Source of the DNA: Takakia lepidozioides
Taxonomy: Eukaryota; Plantae; Bryophyta
DNA: 64,000 nt
Assembly: GCA_030704615.1 (NCBI GenBank)
Contig: CM060733.1
Location: 43,772,001 to 43,836,000 of the forward strand
Direction of reading: 5' to 3'
The position numbers were made by a program, and so were the translations under genes. Below, one piece after another: positions 10,955-24,282 of the stretch (the stretch's first letter is position 1; each line of letters opens with the position of its first letter). Under the pieces are notes generated by a model. The model was not told the DNA's origin, ran no database searches, and was given only the letters and a program-made list of their open reading frames with translations.

Positions 10955-13900
10955 ATGGGGTCGGGCAAGCCGAAGCGAAAGCGGAACGGCCCAAAAGATG
11001 ATGATCCCGGTGAGCCCGATGGGGGCGACGTGTCACCGAGGCGGCCGTTTGAGGAAGCGATTAATGTTTCCGAAAACGAGGCCGCTCAGGAGCGGGAGGA
11101 ATCCGAGGAGTCGGAGCCCGAGGAATCTTTGAGAGCTCCGACAAACCAAGAGATGCCTCCCATGCCGGCAGCCTTTTGGGAAGGGTTGTTGGCGCAGTTT
11201 GGCGGGACGTTGAAAGACGTGTTGAAGGCGGCTAATGCCACTTCCACCAAGGCAAAGTTTAAGGTGAAGCCTAAGGAACCCGGCACCTTCGAGGGCGTTC
11301 GAAACCGGAAGGCACTCAACACCTGGCTCCTGGAGCTAGAGCAGTACTTCCGGGCGGCCAAGTTGAGTGACGAGGATCGGGTGGAAGTGGCTCCCACCTA
11401 TTTGAGGGGCTATGCTCAACAATGGTGGCAGAAACGCCTTCACGACCGAGGCCCAAGCCCGGAAACCTTGAACTGGAGTGAGTTCAAGGAATTGATGAAG
11501 AGACAGTTTGTGCCCCTCAACGCATCCTGGCTTGCCCGGGACAAGATGAGGAATTTGAAGCAAACAGATGACATTCGGGGGTATGTCCAGGCTTTCAATG
11601 TGCTGTTGCTCGAAGTCGCGGACATGGCAGAACCAGAAATGGTCTTCAACTTTGTGGCGGGACTGGCCCCATGGGCTAGGCGGAAGTTGGAGGAGAAGCC
11701 ACCCAAGACTTTGAACGAGGCAATTGAGAGAGCTGAATGTTTCTCGGATGTCCCTAGGGGTGAGAGACAAGGCCGTACGGAGCTGAACCACAAGAAGACC
11801 CGGCGGGAAGGTGACTCCTCCCGACCGGAAAAGAAGTGGGATAGGCCACGCGGCGAAAATGGCACGTGGAAATCGAAGGGAGGTCCTTCACACGTCAAGG
11901 CGGCACCCGGTGCTTCGAAAGGAAAAGCGGGTGGAGCGACTTATGGCGGACAGAAGGCGACCTTTGATGGAGTGTGTTTCAATTGCGGGGAGCCCGGGCA
12001 CATGGCCAAGAAGTGCACGAAGCCCCGGCAATTGAACATGACTCGGGCGACCACGGAGCTGTCGGAAGATACCATCAGTCGCTTGGTGGAAGCGGTGGTC
12101 GCCAGGACTTGCAAGGTAGGCAAATTTTCTTGTGAGTTGTATCAGGAAACTGGCGCCTTACGAAAAGGGAGTCAGTTATTGTTCGTGGATGGGATAATAT
12201 CCGGAACTAATGTGTCGTTGTTGGTGGACACAGGAGCGTCGCACTCCTTCATGACGCCGGCGGCGGCGCGAAAGTTGGGACTCCCGACAAGTGACGTGGG
12301 GGCCTCTATTGAGGTGCGCTCTGCCAAAGGAGAACCTCAGTTGGCGACAAGGTTGGCGTTTGATGTTCCTCTTCAACTGGGGAGTTGGGAGGGACGTGAG
12401 AACTTCACTATCTGCGAGATCGATGGAGTGGATCTCATTTTGGGAATGACATTTTTGAGCAAATCCGGAGCGGTCATAGATGGCCGCAAGAGAGTAGTCA
12501 CGCTGCCATGTGGGAATGGTGGCGAGGTTTTACGAGTGTCGGAAACGCCCAAATCCGTGGGAGGGCGAATAAACCTTCTATCAGCAAAGGAGTGGGCCGT
12601 GGAGGAGACACACGAGTCCCAGTTTTTGCTTTACATTAGAGAAGTGAAAGGAGAAGGCGATGGGGAGCCGAGCCCAGATTGGATCAAGGGGATTTTGGAG
12701 AAATACCAGGATGTGATGCCGGAGGATTTACCAAGCGGCTTGCCACCGCGAAGAGGAGTTGACCACAAAATTGAGGTGATACCGGGATCGGAACCGCCTG
12801 CCAAGGCGCCCTACCGGTTGAGCCACAAAGAGTTGGTCGAGCTGAAGACTCAGCTCAAAGATCTAATGTCAAAGGGGTACATCCGGCCGAGTAAGTCACC
12901 TTATGGAGCCCCGGTGCTATTTGCAGACAAGAAGGATGGGACGCTGCGGATGTGTGTCGATTACAGGGCTCTGAATAAGGTGACTATCAAAAACCGGTAC
13001 CCTTTGCCAAGGATCGACGACCTCTTCGATCGGTTGGCAGGAGCGAAGTATTTCAGCCGGATCGACTTGCGCTCCGGCTATCACCAAATTCGGGTGGCGG
13101 AAGGAGATGAGGAGAAGACCGCGTGCAGGACAAGGTATGGTTCATATGAGTTCTTGGTGATGCCTTTTGGGCTCACCAATGCACCAGCGACATTTAGCAC
13201 GCTGATGAACAGCCTTTTCCAGGAGTGGTTGGATGACTTTGTGATCGTGTACATCGACGACATCTTGGTGTACTCGAAAACAAAGGAGGAGCACCTGGAG
13301 CACCTCAAAAGGGTGTTCCAAAAATTGCGAGAAGGGTAGCTGTATGCCAAAGCTTCAAAGTGCGAATTCGGGGTCACAAAAGTGGAGTTCTTGGGGCACG
13401 TGATTACACAGGATGGGATCAAAATGGATGACAGAAAGGTGAGGGCGATCTTGGACTGGGAGCCTCCGACTTCGGTCCCGGGAGTGCGATCCTTCCTAGG
13501 ACTCGCCTCCTATTACCGGAAGTATGTGAGAAATTTCGCCAAGATCGCGGGGCCGCTGTCGGACCTTCTGTGTAAATCCAAAGTCTGGGTATGGAACACA
13601 TTTTGTGGCCAAGCTTTTGCTGAATTGAAGCAGCGGATGACGGAAGCTCCAGTCTTAAAAATCCCGGAGTTCGATCGTCCGTTTGAGATTCATACAGATG
13701 CATCGGACTTCGCAATTGGGGGTGTACTTATGCAAGATGGACGTCCAGTGGCTTACGAAAGTAAGAAACTGAATGAAGTGGAGCGACGGTGGCCGACGCA
13801 CGAAAAAGAGATGAAGGCGGTGGTACATTGCCTTGAACTCTGGCGCCACTATGTTGGTTCCAACCCAGTGAAGGTGTTCACGGACAATGTCACGGTGAAG

Positions 13901-15230
13901 TATTTTGCCACGCAGCCCAAGTTGTCCCCAAAACAACTTAGGTGGCAAGATACTTTGGCAGTGTTCGACGTGGATATCCAGTACAAACCGGGACGGGACA
14001 ATGTGGTGGCCGATGCTTTAAGTAGAAAGCAGCAGCTCTTGTTGGTGTACAAGGGCGAGACGGCGCTCCAAAGGAAGATCCGGAAGGCTTGCCGGAAGGA
14101 TGAGCTGGCAAAGTGCGTGATGCAGAACTTGAGAATGGGGGTTAAATCGCAGTTCCACTTGCAAAACGGACTGCTCCGGTATAAGCAAAAACGTCTCTAT
14201 GTGCCAAAGGGAGGGATCAGGGATAGTCTCTTGAGAGAATGCCATGATAGCCCGCTTGCGGGCCACGGTGGAGCCAAGCGCACTGCGGCACTCTTGAAGA
14301 AAGAGTATTTCTGGCCCAAACTGAGGGAGGAGGCAGCGGAGTATGTTAAGACATGCACCACATGCCAACAAAACCGGAGCGAGTATAAAAAGCAAGCGGG
14401 GCTGTTACAACCCTTGCCGATTCCAGAGGGGACTTGGGAAAGCGTCTCGATGGATTTCATGACTGCTATGCCGCTGTCAAAAGGATTCGATGCAATCATG
14501 GTGGTGGTAGATAGGTTCAGTAAAATGGCCCATTTCATCCCCACCAAGGAGACGGCAACTGCGCAGGAGACAGGGCGACTTTACTTCGCCCACGTCTTAA
14601 AGCATCATGGAGTCCCGAAGGATATTGTCTCGGACCGCGATCCAAAGTTTACGAGTAAATTCTGGAGAGCACTTTGGAAGAAGATGGGGACGAGGCTGAA
14701 GATGAGCACCGCCTTCCGACCTACGACGGACGGCCAAACGGAAAGAGTGAATTCCGTAGTGAAGCAATTCTTGCGGAATTACGTGTCGGCAGACCAATCA
14801 GACTGGATGGAACACTTAGACGCGGCAGAGTTCTGTTATAATAACACAGAACACTCCGCGACGGGAGTTTCCCCTTTTGTGTTGGTCTATGGAAAAGCAC
14901 CTCTGGTGCCGACAAGTTGGGCCGCCCAGGACGTTGAGGAACCGGCAGTAGCGGCGGTACTGGAAGAACGCGAGCGTTTGTTGAAGCTCGCAAAGTACAA
15001 CATTGCCAAAGCTAGGAAACGGTATGAAAGGCAGGCGAATCGGAAGCGGAGGGAAGTGAAGTTTGAGGCAGGCACAGAGGTCTGGTTGAACATCAAGAAT
15101 TTTCGACTACCTCCGGAAATGAGTCCGAAGTTCGTACCTCCGTATGCGGGTCCCTTTCGCATTCGGAGGGTTATGAATGAGGATGTGTATGAATTGGAGC
15201 TGCCAGCAAACAGCAAGGTGCACCCAGACA
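10955..15230 (+). mobile_element. Ty3/gypsy (chromovirus-like) gag-pol: Gag, CCHC, protease, RT, RNase H, integrase; one in-frame stop; 3'-truncated
   Basis: [34 protein letters not shown] and DDE integrase motifs. TAG at 13337-13339 inside RT. No 3' LTR. Confidence 0.95.
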
Positions 15231-15299
15231 ACCTAAAAAAGTTATTACTGTAACTTTGATGTTATTGAGAAATTGAGTATAACTCCCAAAGTGGGTTTA

Positions 15300-16700
15300 G
15301 CACTTACTCACATGAAAAGTCGTTGTCGACCTGCTTATCTTCGGGATCGTCATCATTTCGAATTTGAATCCGATCAGTTTGTGTGCCTGAAGTGGAGCCA
15401 GACAAAAGGGGGAGGAGCACTGTGTTGTAGAGGTCAGAATCACCCTCCATGCCAAAAATGCTTCTTCCGCCTGCCTTGCATGCATGGTAAGTTGCTCATG
15501 CACCACACAGGAGGACATGAACAGTTTGGTAGGGGGATTTAAGCAGATGGAACTGGTGAAAGAAAATCAATTCAGAAGGGAGAGAACGAACATGTGGACA
15601 CAGAAAGATCGACCACCCGTGCAGAGTGGTGGCTGCATGACTCCAGCAGTATTTGCATGAACGCTGGGGATTTTTCCTTTGCACCTCTCCAGGGAGTGCC
15701 TTCTTGTCTCTTCAGAGTCTGACTGGACTGCATGAAGTTGTACAAAATGTCATCGACATGCGGCTCATAGGGGGGGTTGATGAAACAACCCTGGTCAGAA
15801 ATCTCAAAGCTGCGGATAGAGAATGGTGTCTTTAAGGTGCGAATCCTCCGCAGGCAGATCGCGAACATCCTCGTCTACCAAAGATAGCAGGTTAGTGTGG
15901 TAAACACAATCTATAGTGGAAGTGTGTACATCGGCTATTTAGAACTCAGGCATAAAACAATCATTTTTATCACGAATCGGTGATGAAATACTGCCAATGA
16001 AACTTTCAGAGAAAAAAAGAAAGAAATTGGAATTCTCACCAGATTGAGGAATGAGATTATGTTGTCCCAGGTAGGCGAAGGCACCCCAGTGTATCCTCTT
16101 TTTCGACTCTGCATCATCGCCAGCCAACCCTCATTGACAATTTTAATCTCTCCTGCCAAATCAGAACGGGAAGGGTGTGGCTTGGCATCGAACACGCACT
16201 GAACTGTGCGGGTATATCTTCCAGCAGTGAAGTCCTGCCCATTCTCCATCTCCTTTTCTTTCTCCTTCCCCTTGTCATTTTCCTTCTCTTTGGACTTGTC
16301 TTTGTCCTTTGGCTTTGCTGGTGAGATGGCTATGACATCAAGAGCCTTGTCTTTTGGTTTGCGGCCCGCCTTCTTTCCCTTCTGTGGCGTTCCCTGAGCA
16401 TCACGCTCCTTGGCAGCCAATGTTGTTATGTTTCTTTGGTACTGCTCGTCAGTCAGAGGCGCCAACATCTTAGCATTATTGTTCAAATATTTCATGTGTT
16501 GTTCTTGAAAGGTTGTGTGCTCCGGTGGGCAGTCAAGGTACCAGCCACAGTCTCTGAAGTGAGAAGGACTCCAGTCCTTCAATATCCCTGCAGTATACAT
16601 GGTTGGATCGTTTGCAGGGTCCGACCACATGTCAAGATAGTCTGGAATACCGCTCAGGTGATTTCCTTCCATAAGCACATATTTCGTGTACATGTTAAAC
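15300..16700 (-). pseudogene. 3' exons of a divergent ParB-methyltransferase gene (family C)
   Basis: MYTAGILKDWSPSHFRDCGWYLDCPP aligns with family A MYTDDIVKEWHLEHLRDCPWYVDLPP. GTPWRGAKEKSPAFMQILLESCS...RVVDLSVST is the motif X-I region. The motif IV exon is not seen. Confidence 0.8.
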
Positions 16701-16789
16701 AGGAGATAAATTCCAACCCACCAAAGCGCGAAGTGAGTAAGATGCAAGTAGCATAGAATGAAAAAAACATGGAATGAAATGGCTCTGAG

Positions 16790-17469
16790 AACTGCTCCAA
16801 GGATCTTTCAGGACCACGCGACAGCTCTGGATGTGAATGTCGTCAACGCCATTCAAAAAATTCCATTCAATGATACTACAAATACACCCTAATCCACGTG
16901 AATGCAAACTTTCGCTTTGGAATGACACAGACATAGAAGTGAATGTCGTCAACGGCATTCACTTTGGATTTGTGAATACACTGCTAATCAAGCCTAATGA
17001 TTTCTCAAAAGAGGCAAAATCATTGGATGGAAACTGAATGTCGGCAACGACATTCAGAAACTCGAGTAAGGAACCCTCCCTAAAAACTCAATGGACATTC
17101 ATAACGAACATAACACTGAGGACCTCATAATAACACTGGATGTGAATGGCGTCAACGCCATTCACAAAATTCCGAACAAGGAACCAATAAATACACCCTA
17201 AGCTCCTAATCCATGTAAATTCAAATTGTCGCTGGTGAATGACACAGACATAGAAGTGAATGTCGTCAACGACAGTCACTTTGGATCTTTGATAACACAG
17301 CTAATCAAGCCTCAAGATTTCTTGCAAGAGGCAAAAGCATTGCAGAACAACTGAATGTCTGCATTGACATTCAGCAAACTGGAGTGAGGAACCCTCACTG
17401 TAAACTCTATGGACATTACAAAAACTTACATAACTCTGAGGACCTCTTAACAACTCTGGATGTGAATGT
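16790..17469. repeat. Tandem array (~310-bp higher-order unit) with near-palindromic core GAATGTCGTCAACG(C/A)CATTC; continues at 54494-54690
   Basis: Core recurs at ~16835, 16940, 17036, 17143, 17258, 17353 and again at ~54494 and 54611. Confidence 0.85.
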
Positions 17470-17539
17470 TGTAGTGTGAAAACAAGGGGCATAAATCCCC
17501 TTCTGTGTGATTCCAACTGTACTTCATTCCTAGTAAGGG

Positions 17540-17570
<31 letters not shown>

Positions 17571-18390
17571 AACCTAGTGATCTACTTGCGACACACGGTT
17601 GTGGGTTTCCCTCATTTTGTTCATGATCAGAGTTCATAAATCCTCATCCACGCCGCAGTGGAAGAGAAAACATGGATGGGAAATTGAGTCCTCCTTGTTC
17701 ATGATTTACATAGTCTTGCTACATTTTGCAGCACCAACGGTGCTGCCGTGATATTTTTAGTGATGCAACCAACCCTATGACGGAGCTAAATGCGACCCAT
17801 GTGGGCATCTCCCTTGAGCAGCACACGTTCGAAAACCCCTTTTTGTAATGAGATCACTGATGAGAGAAAGGCAGCTCAGATCTGCCATGAACTACAGGCC
17901 TAGTGGTTCTCTGCAGATGTCATGGTTTTTCCTCTTATCTCCCAGTTGACCATCCCTCATTACCCTTTTTACTGGGCAGCTCTCTCCCTTCCCAAACCTT
18001 TTCTCTCTCCTTCCTGGTGTAAAGGCTCCTCATTTTCTTCCAATAGCAGCCTATCTACAATGCAATGCAATGCAAGACACATTCAACCACGCATCCAGTG
18101 CATCCAGCCTTGGAATCAACCTTGGTCACACAAGACATGATTAGCTCTTTCATCAGTCTTTCTCTCCCCCAATTACAGTCCCTTCACACTGCTTGCCCCC
18201 AAGGGAAACCCAGTTTTGCTCGACAGTTCCCAACCCTTCTACAGGTCTATAGCTAAACACCCCAACAGCTCTCTTTTGCCCTTTCAGATGTGAACCTCAT
18301 CTGTTCAAATGCTGAACCACTCTGAAGCAGCTCTAGACTCCACATCAGTGTCAGTTTGCAGCCCCATCCACATCATCCTCTCTCTGATTT

Positions 18391-19890
18391 GGTAACATGT
18401 GCTCGAGAAACATTTAAGATGCCCAACACACAATACATATCTCACTCGGACTCCATCACCCAGGTTGGACACCCGGAATGAGACTGACTGGATTGGCAAT
18501 TCGTCGACCCCATTTTGGCCTCAAGGTAGAGTTCCTGCAGGGACGTTCAAGTGTGCCCATTACAACACAGCCCCTACGTGCATGGCAGTGTGCAACGCCA
18601 AGCTATACTACGTCGGGACCGTCGGCCCAGCGTGCACCAGAGCATGCATTCACATCGGAAAGCATGACCACCCCGTCGCCAGAGGCAATTGCAGAGTCGC
18701 TTTTCAACAAGCCCACGATATTATCAAGGAAGAGGTGAGGTTCCGGCCGGGAGCAAAACCAAAGCAGATACAGCTCGCATCCGCACATAGAATTGCAATT
18801 GCCAGAATAATGTCGGAGGACGGAAGCACAAGAGAGAAGCTGGGTGAGGGGGACATGAAGGAGCTGCTGGAAGCTGTCTCCCATGTGTGCAGCCCCAATA
18901 TCAGGAACCACATTGTCGGCTGCAAGAAACGAATCGGAAGAGGATCAAACATGCTCTCCATCTTGGAAGTGAAGCGCACATGCGGCTACGACTTCATCCA
19001 AGGCAGCTTCTTTCCTGGTCAAGGCTCAGAGACGGACAGGTGCTTCATATTTAAGATGTCAACGTGCGGACCGAGGAGCAGCGTCGATTTGGTGAAGCGG
19101 ATGACCAGTGGAGACCTCTCAAATTGCTGGGTCATGTTCGACCACATCCGGCGAATTACCAACCACAATTGGGTGACAATGGGGGCACATGTATACGACC
19201 CACATTGCAGAAAGTTGATGACCATTGCTATCTGTGAAATGAAAGGCAAAGACACAGATTCGGAGTTGCATATGTGGCGCGGAATTAATGAGCAAATGGC
19301 GAGAGCGAGTTGCCCCCCCCCCCCCCCCCCCCCCCCCCGATTTTAAGGGCTTCATGGCTGACAATGCCCAGGCGCACTGGGCTGCAGTTAGGAGGGTATA
19401 TGGGGACGACCCAAAGACTCCAATGGAAGGTAAGGAGAGATCTTGCGGGTTCCACTTCATGCAGAGTTTGACGCAAAACACGAAAAGGTTCGTGGCGTCA
19501 CGCCACCGGCAGGATCATATCAGTATGTACCTTGCGTGGAAAAATGCGAATTCCATCGACGATGTGGAGACCGAGTTTGCAACCATACGCGCCTGGTGGG
19601 TGTCTTCAGGGGCAGTGGATGTGAAAGATCAGCCAGAACTGCAAACGTGGCTTGCGTGGTGGCACTATAGATTCCGCCAGTTTGGAGACTACATGAGACA
19701 GATAACACATTTCTGTACTTGACAATTGTTCTGTTTTGTGCTTGGACATTCTCCACAATGAGTGACATTTCTAATTTCCTTCAACAGGACATGAGCTTGG
19801 AGGATGACACGGATATGCCGACGACGAACATGGCCGAATCGGTGCACTCTTCCTGGCGTGCTTCCTTTGCGGCACATCTCGTTGACATAG
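18391..19890 (+). pseudogene. Truncated paralogous MULE transposase (same clade as 41104-44607)
   Basis: VMFDH, FMADNA, CGFH and TTNMAESVHSSW motifs. Same intron position but donor mutated (GT>AT). Frameshift at a poly-C run. Confidence 0.9.
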
Positions 19891-20083
19891 GATATTTTGT
19901 GGATCAAACTCACACCAAGAACAGCTTTCCAGACTTGTTTGCCATATGGTTATATGGTAACGGAGACTTCAAGTATAGCCAAGGGTGCATTGAAGCTTGA
20001 AAGAAACCCAGGCATATACGAGAGATATTACAGAAGAGAGTTTTGGTTATTGTCACATTAAAAAGAAATGAAAGACATGGGAC

Positions 20084-23000
20084 ATGAGTGATGAAAGAGA
20101 AGCTAGACGCCAGAGATATTCAGCAAAAAGAGAAAGCTATCTGAAAGCTAATTATCCATATCTTTGGGAGAGAGGAATAGACATAGGGGAATCATCTGGA
20201 CCTCTCACACCATTAAGATCAAAGAGTACATCACCCATACCGGAAGAACTAGAGTTGGATGCCACTCCTTCTGTTTCTTTGCAAGAAAGATTAAGGGAAT
20301 TGGTATGGGAAGAAGATCAATCACGAGGTGAAAGATCTGAGGTACATCCCTGGATAAAAGATTTGACAGAAATCTTTGATAAGAGTTGGCATGGAACACC
20401 AAAAGCAGGAACTCCAGTTTCTGAAGCGGAAGGTGAAGAAGGAGGAGAGGATGTGGTAGAGCCAACGGAGAGTTCAGACTCTCCAACACCATTGCAGTTG
20501 AGTTACATGAGTGAAGAAGAAACCCAAGGGCAGAACTTGGAGAATGAAAACAGAGAGAAGAAATTGGAAGAGGAAGACTATGAAGAAGTAGACCCAACAA
20601 CTGAGGTTGAGACTACAACCAGGACATCCCAACCCGTTGGACCTGGATCAAGTGGAGCACTTGGATCACAGGCCAACGAAGGTGTCGGCTCAGGGGGATC
20701 AGGTGGGCTGTCTGGATCTAGCTCTGGGGGGACATGGAGTTTAAAGTAGTGCAACTGAAGCTGGGAATACTGTGAATATCGTGGGGCCAGTAGCAAGGAG
20801 TGCTCAAGGGCCACCACTTGGTGGAAGATCCACCACAACAACAACAGGTCCTGAAGGACCAGCACCAGCAAGGGTGCCAGCACCTGTCAATGGGCAGAAG
20901 GTAGGGCCACAGATGGCATTACAACCAACACGGGCAAAACCACCTTTTCCAATATATTCAGGAAAAGGGGATCCCGATGTACACATTAGCCAATTTGAGC
21001 ACAAGTGTATAGTGAACAATGAGAATGGCGATGATGCCAAGATGAGATTGTTTCCTTGTTCACTTATAAAGAAAGCAAGTGAATGGTATGCAAGATTCCT
21101 TGATAATCATTTCCTAACCTGGAATGGCTTGAATACAGCATTCTGAAATAGGTTCAGGACAAGTAAAACTGAGGATGAAGTGTATGGAAGTTTACAACAG
21201 TTAAAGCAAAAGAAGCATGAAACTGTTGAGGAGTATATGGAAAAGATGGAATTGATGATGAAAAAGCTGGCTGCAGTACCAGCACCAGGTTTACAGAAGA
21301 CTTGGTTTGTGAGTGGACTAAGACCAGAGTTGCAAGAGAAAGTGGATATGTTACCCCATAATACAGTGGAGGAGGCATTTGAAACTGCAAACAGAATTGA
21401 GCAATTGGGAATGCTCAGGAGAGAGAAAAAGGATGATGAGGACTCTGAGGATGAGTCGGATGAAGAAGAAGAGCAAGAACTAAAAAGGAAGAGTAAGAGA
21501 AAGGAGAAGTTGAAGAGGGATAACTATGAGAAAAGATTGGAAGAAATCTTGAAGAAGTATGCCACAGAGGCTGCAACACATTGGAGGAAGGGTGTATGGC
21601 GTGCAAAGTGCCAAAATGAAGGCCATACCACCACTGAATGCCACATGAAGGAGAAACACTGTACTATCTGTAAAATGGATAACCATTCTACTGAGAATTG
21701 TTACTACAATAGAAGGACAGCTGCAAGAGAACCTAGGCAAGTAAGGGTGCATCAGGTGCAGCCCCAGCCAAGAAGAAACAATGATCAGGACCACTATGGT
21801 AGGTCTGGTGGTTATAACAATGGCATGGAAGGGAGAGGTAATTCAAGAGGGAATTACCAAGGAAATTCCAGAGGCAACTATCAGGGTAATCCAAGGGGGA
21901 ATTACCAGCCCGGGAATCAGGATTACAGAAATAATCCAAGAGCAGACCAAGGGCGAGGACCCAATGGTGAAGAACTGTGTTACTATTGTAATCAGCCAAG
22001 ACATCGCAAGGCAGCCTGTTCATTCTGGATTAGACACCAGAATGAGATGAGAGCTCCTGTGAATGAGGGCCCAGTGGTGGCAGCTCACATGGTTAGGCCA
22101 TGTGTTGTACCAGAAGTAAGTACAATGATAGTAACCAGAAGCAAAACCAAATTAATATCTCCAGTAGTTGAGGAAGACGATGATAATGAAGGTGGCAGTG
22201 ATATGCCTGAAGATGAAGAGACTTGGAAAGATGAGAAGGAACTGCACAAGGAAGTGGCAGATACCATAAGGGAAATGCAGAAGAGTACTGATATTCCTGT
22301 GGCAGATTCCTCTGATTCTGATGGAGAAGAAGAAGTGAGTGAGGATGAAAGGAAGAAAGAAGATGCAGACATGCAAAGTAATGAAGAGACTTTGGCTGAA
22401 GTAATATGCCAGACCAAAGCAGAGATTACCATTGGACAGCTATTGGTTGTGGCACCTTATTGTAGGCACAGGCTGTATCAAGCAATCAATCGAATTGCCC
22501 AGGAGACAGGAAACACAGACCTTAACAGCAAGGTGACCAATTATAATGTGAAGCCGGAAGGGCGAGAAACAGTCATGGACTTTGATGATTCTATGCCAGT
22601 AATCCAATTGAGAATTGGAAGCACAGAACTAACTGATGTACTGATAGATGGAGGTTCTGGAGTAAATATCATGACAGACCAATTAAGAAAGAAGCTTGGT
22701 CTAAGTAACATGAAACCAGCCCCATTTACAGTAACAATGGCAGATCAAAGAAGTGTACAGCCATTGGGATTAATAAGAGGAGTTAAGATACAGATACAGA
22801 AGATGATCTTTATGATCACAGTAACTGTGTTGAAGATGGATGAAGTCATGGAGGCTTACTCCTTATTATTGGGACGTCCGTGGCTGAAACAGGCCAGGGT
22901 ATTCCATGACTGGAATTCTCAGTTACTAACCGTGCATAATGGGATACACGAGATACAAATTACCACAAAGAAATCTAGTAGATTACCTGCTATGAGAAGA

Positions 23001-24061
23001 CCTCGAGGGGTCAGAGAGTATGACTGGAGAGGAGGACTGGATGAGGAGCAGGAAGCTACCCTGTTTGTTGCACACCTAGAGTGGGAGCAGGTTGCAGAGA
23101 TGCGGCTGGAAAGCCTAAGTTGTTTAAGAGGTATCTGCAGTGGTGTAGTGACAGCAACACCAACTGAAGAGGAAACCAGCAGTTACCCATCACATTTCTA
23201 TGAAGAAAGAGAAGGAGAAATGGAAATCCTAGAGGAACCAGCCACTGTGAGTTTACAGGATGAAGTGGTGACTGGTTGGACAATCACAGCTGATGAGCAG
23301 GTGAGGGAAGTGAATGTGGGAACTAAAGAGGAACCGAGGATGGTGAAAGTAGGAGCTGATTTGGAGCCGGAATTCTTTGAAGAAGCTAAGAGCTTGTTCA
23401 TCAAATACAGAGATGTATTTGCTTGGAGCTATGAGGATCTAAAAGGGATACCACCTGAAGTCTGTCAGCATAAGATTGAACTGGAACCAGGGTCAGTTCC
23501 AATCAAGCAGGCGAGGTACAGAATGAATCCTTACTACGCACAGAAGGTTGGAGAAGAGATCAAGAAGTTGGCTGAGGCTAAGTTTATATACCCAATAGAG
23601 TATACAACTTGGTTGTCACCCATTGTTATAGTTCCCAAGAAGAATGGTAAACTAAGAGTATGTGTGAACTACAAGAAGCTGAATGCTTGTACGAAGAAAG
23701 ATCCTTTCCCTTTGCCATTCACAGAAGCAGTATTGGACACTGTGGCAGGCCATGAGATGTACTCATTCATGGATGGCTTCAGTGGTTATAATCAAGTGCA
23801 AGTGGCAGAAGAAGATCAAGGAAAGACAGCTTTCATCACAGACTGGGGTGCTTATGCATACAAAGTCATGCCCTTTGGACTAATGCACCAGCAACCTTTC
23901 AGAGAGTAATAAGTGAATCTTTTCATGAGTATCTGGATGATTTCATGCAGGTGTTCTTGGATGATTTCAGTGTGTACAGCTCTAAGAATGAGCACTTGCA
24001 TAAATTGGAGTTATGTCTGGCCAGATGCAGGATGAGAGGTCTGGGCCTGAATCCAGAGAAG
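20084..24061 (+). mobile_element. Ty3/gypsy element 2: gag, zinc knuckles, protease, partial RT; interrupted by the MULE at LNPEK
   Basis: YSGKGDPDVHI gag, CTICKMDNHSTENC, LIDGGSGVN protease, MDGFSGYNQ and FLDDF RT motifs; stops and frameshifts present. Confidence 0.92.
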
Positions 24062-24282
24062 GGGGGCTGCTATTTCATGAGCGGCATGAGCATGAGCGGA
24101 AAAAAAAAAAACATGAGCAGACCATTGTGAGTCCACGGAAATAGGGTTAGGAGGCACGGAAATAGGGTCATGTGAAGTTGGAATGTGGCACCAGTGGACT
24201 TGAAATGCAACATTTTATTGCAAATTTTGTGGCAAGCCACGTCTATACAAGTGTGTTCTAACTGTCATAGCCGGAATGGGCA

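Noticed and set aside
19313-19338. Poly-proline insertion in the transposase fragment
   Set aside because: Expanded poly-C run (PPP in the intact paralogue), probably slippage or sequencing error.
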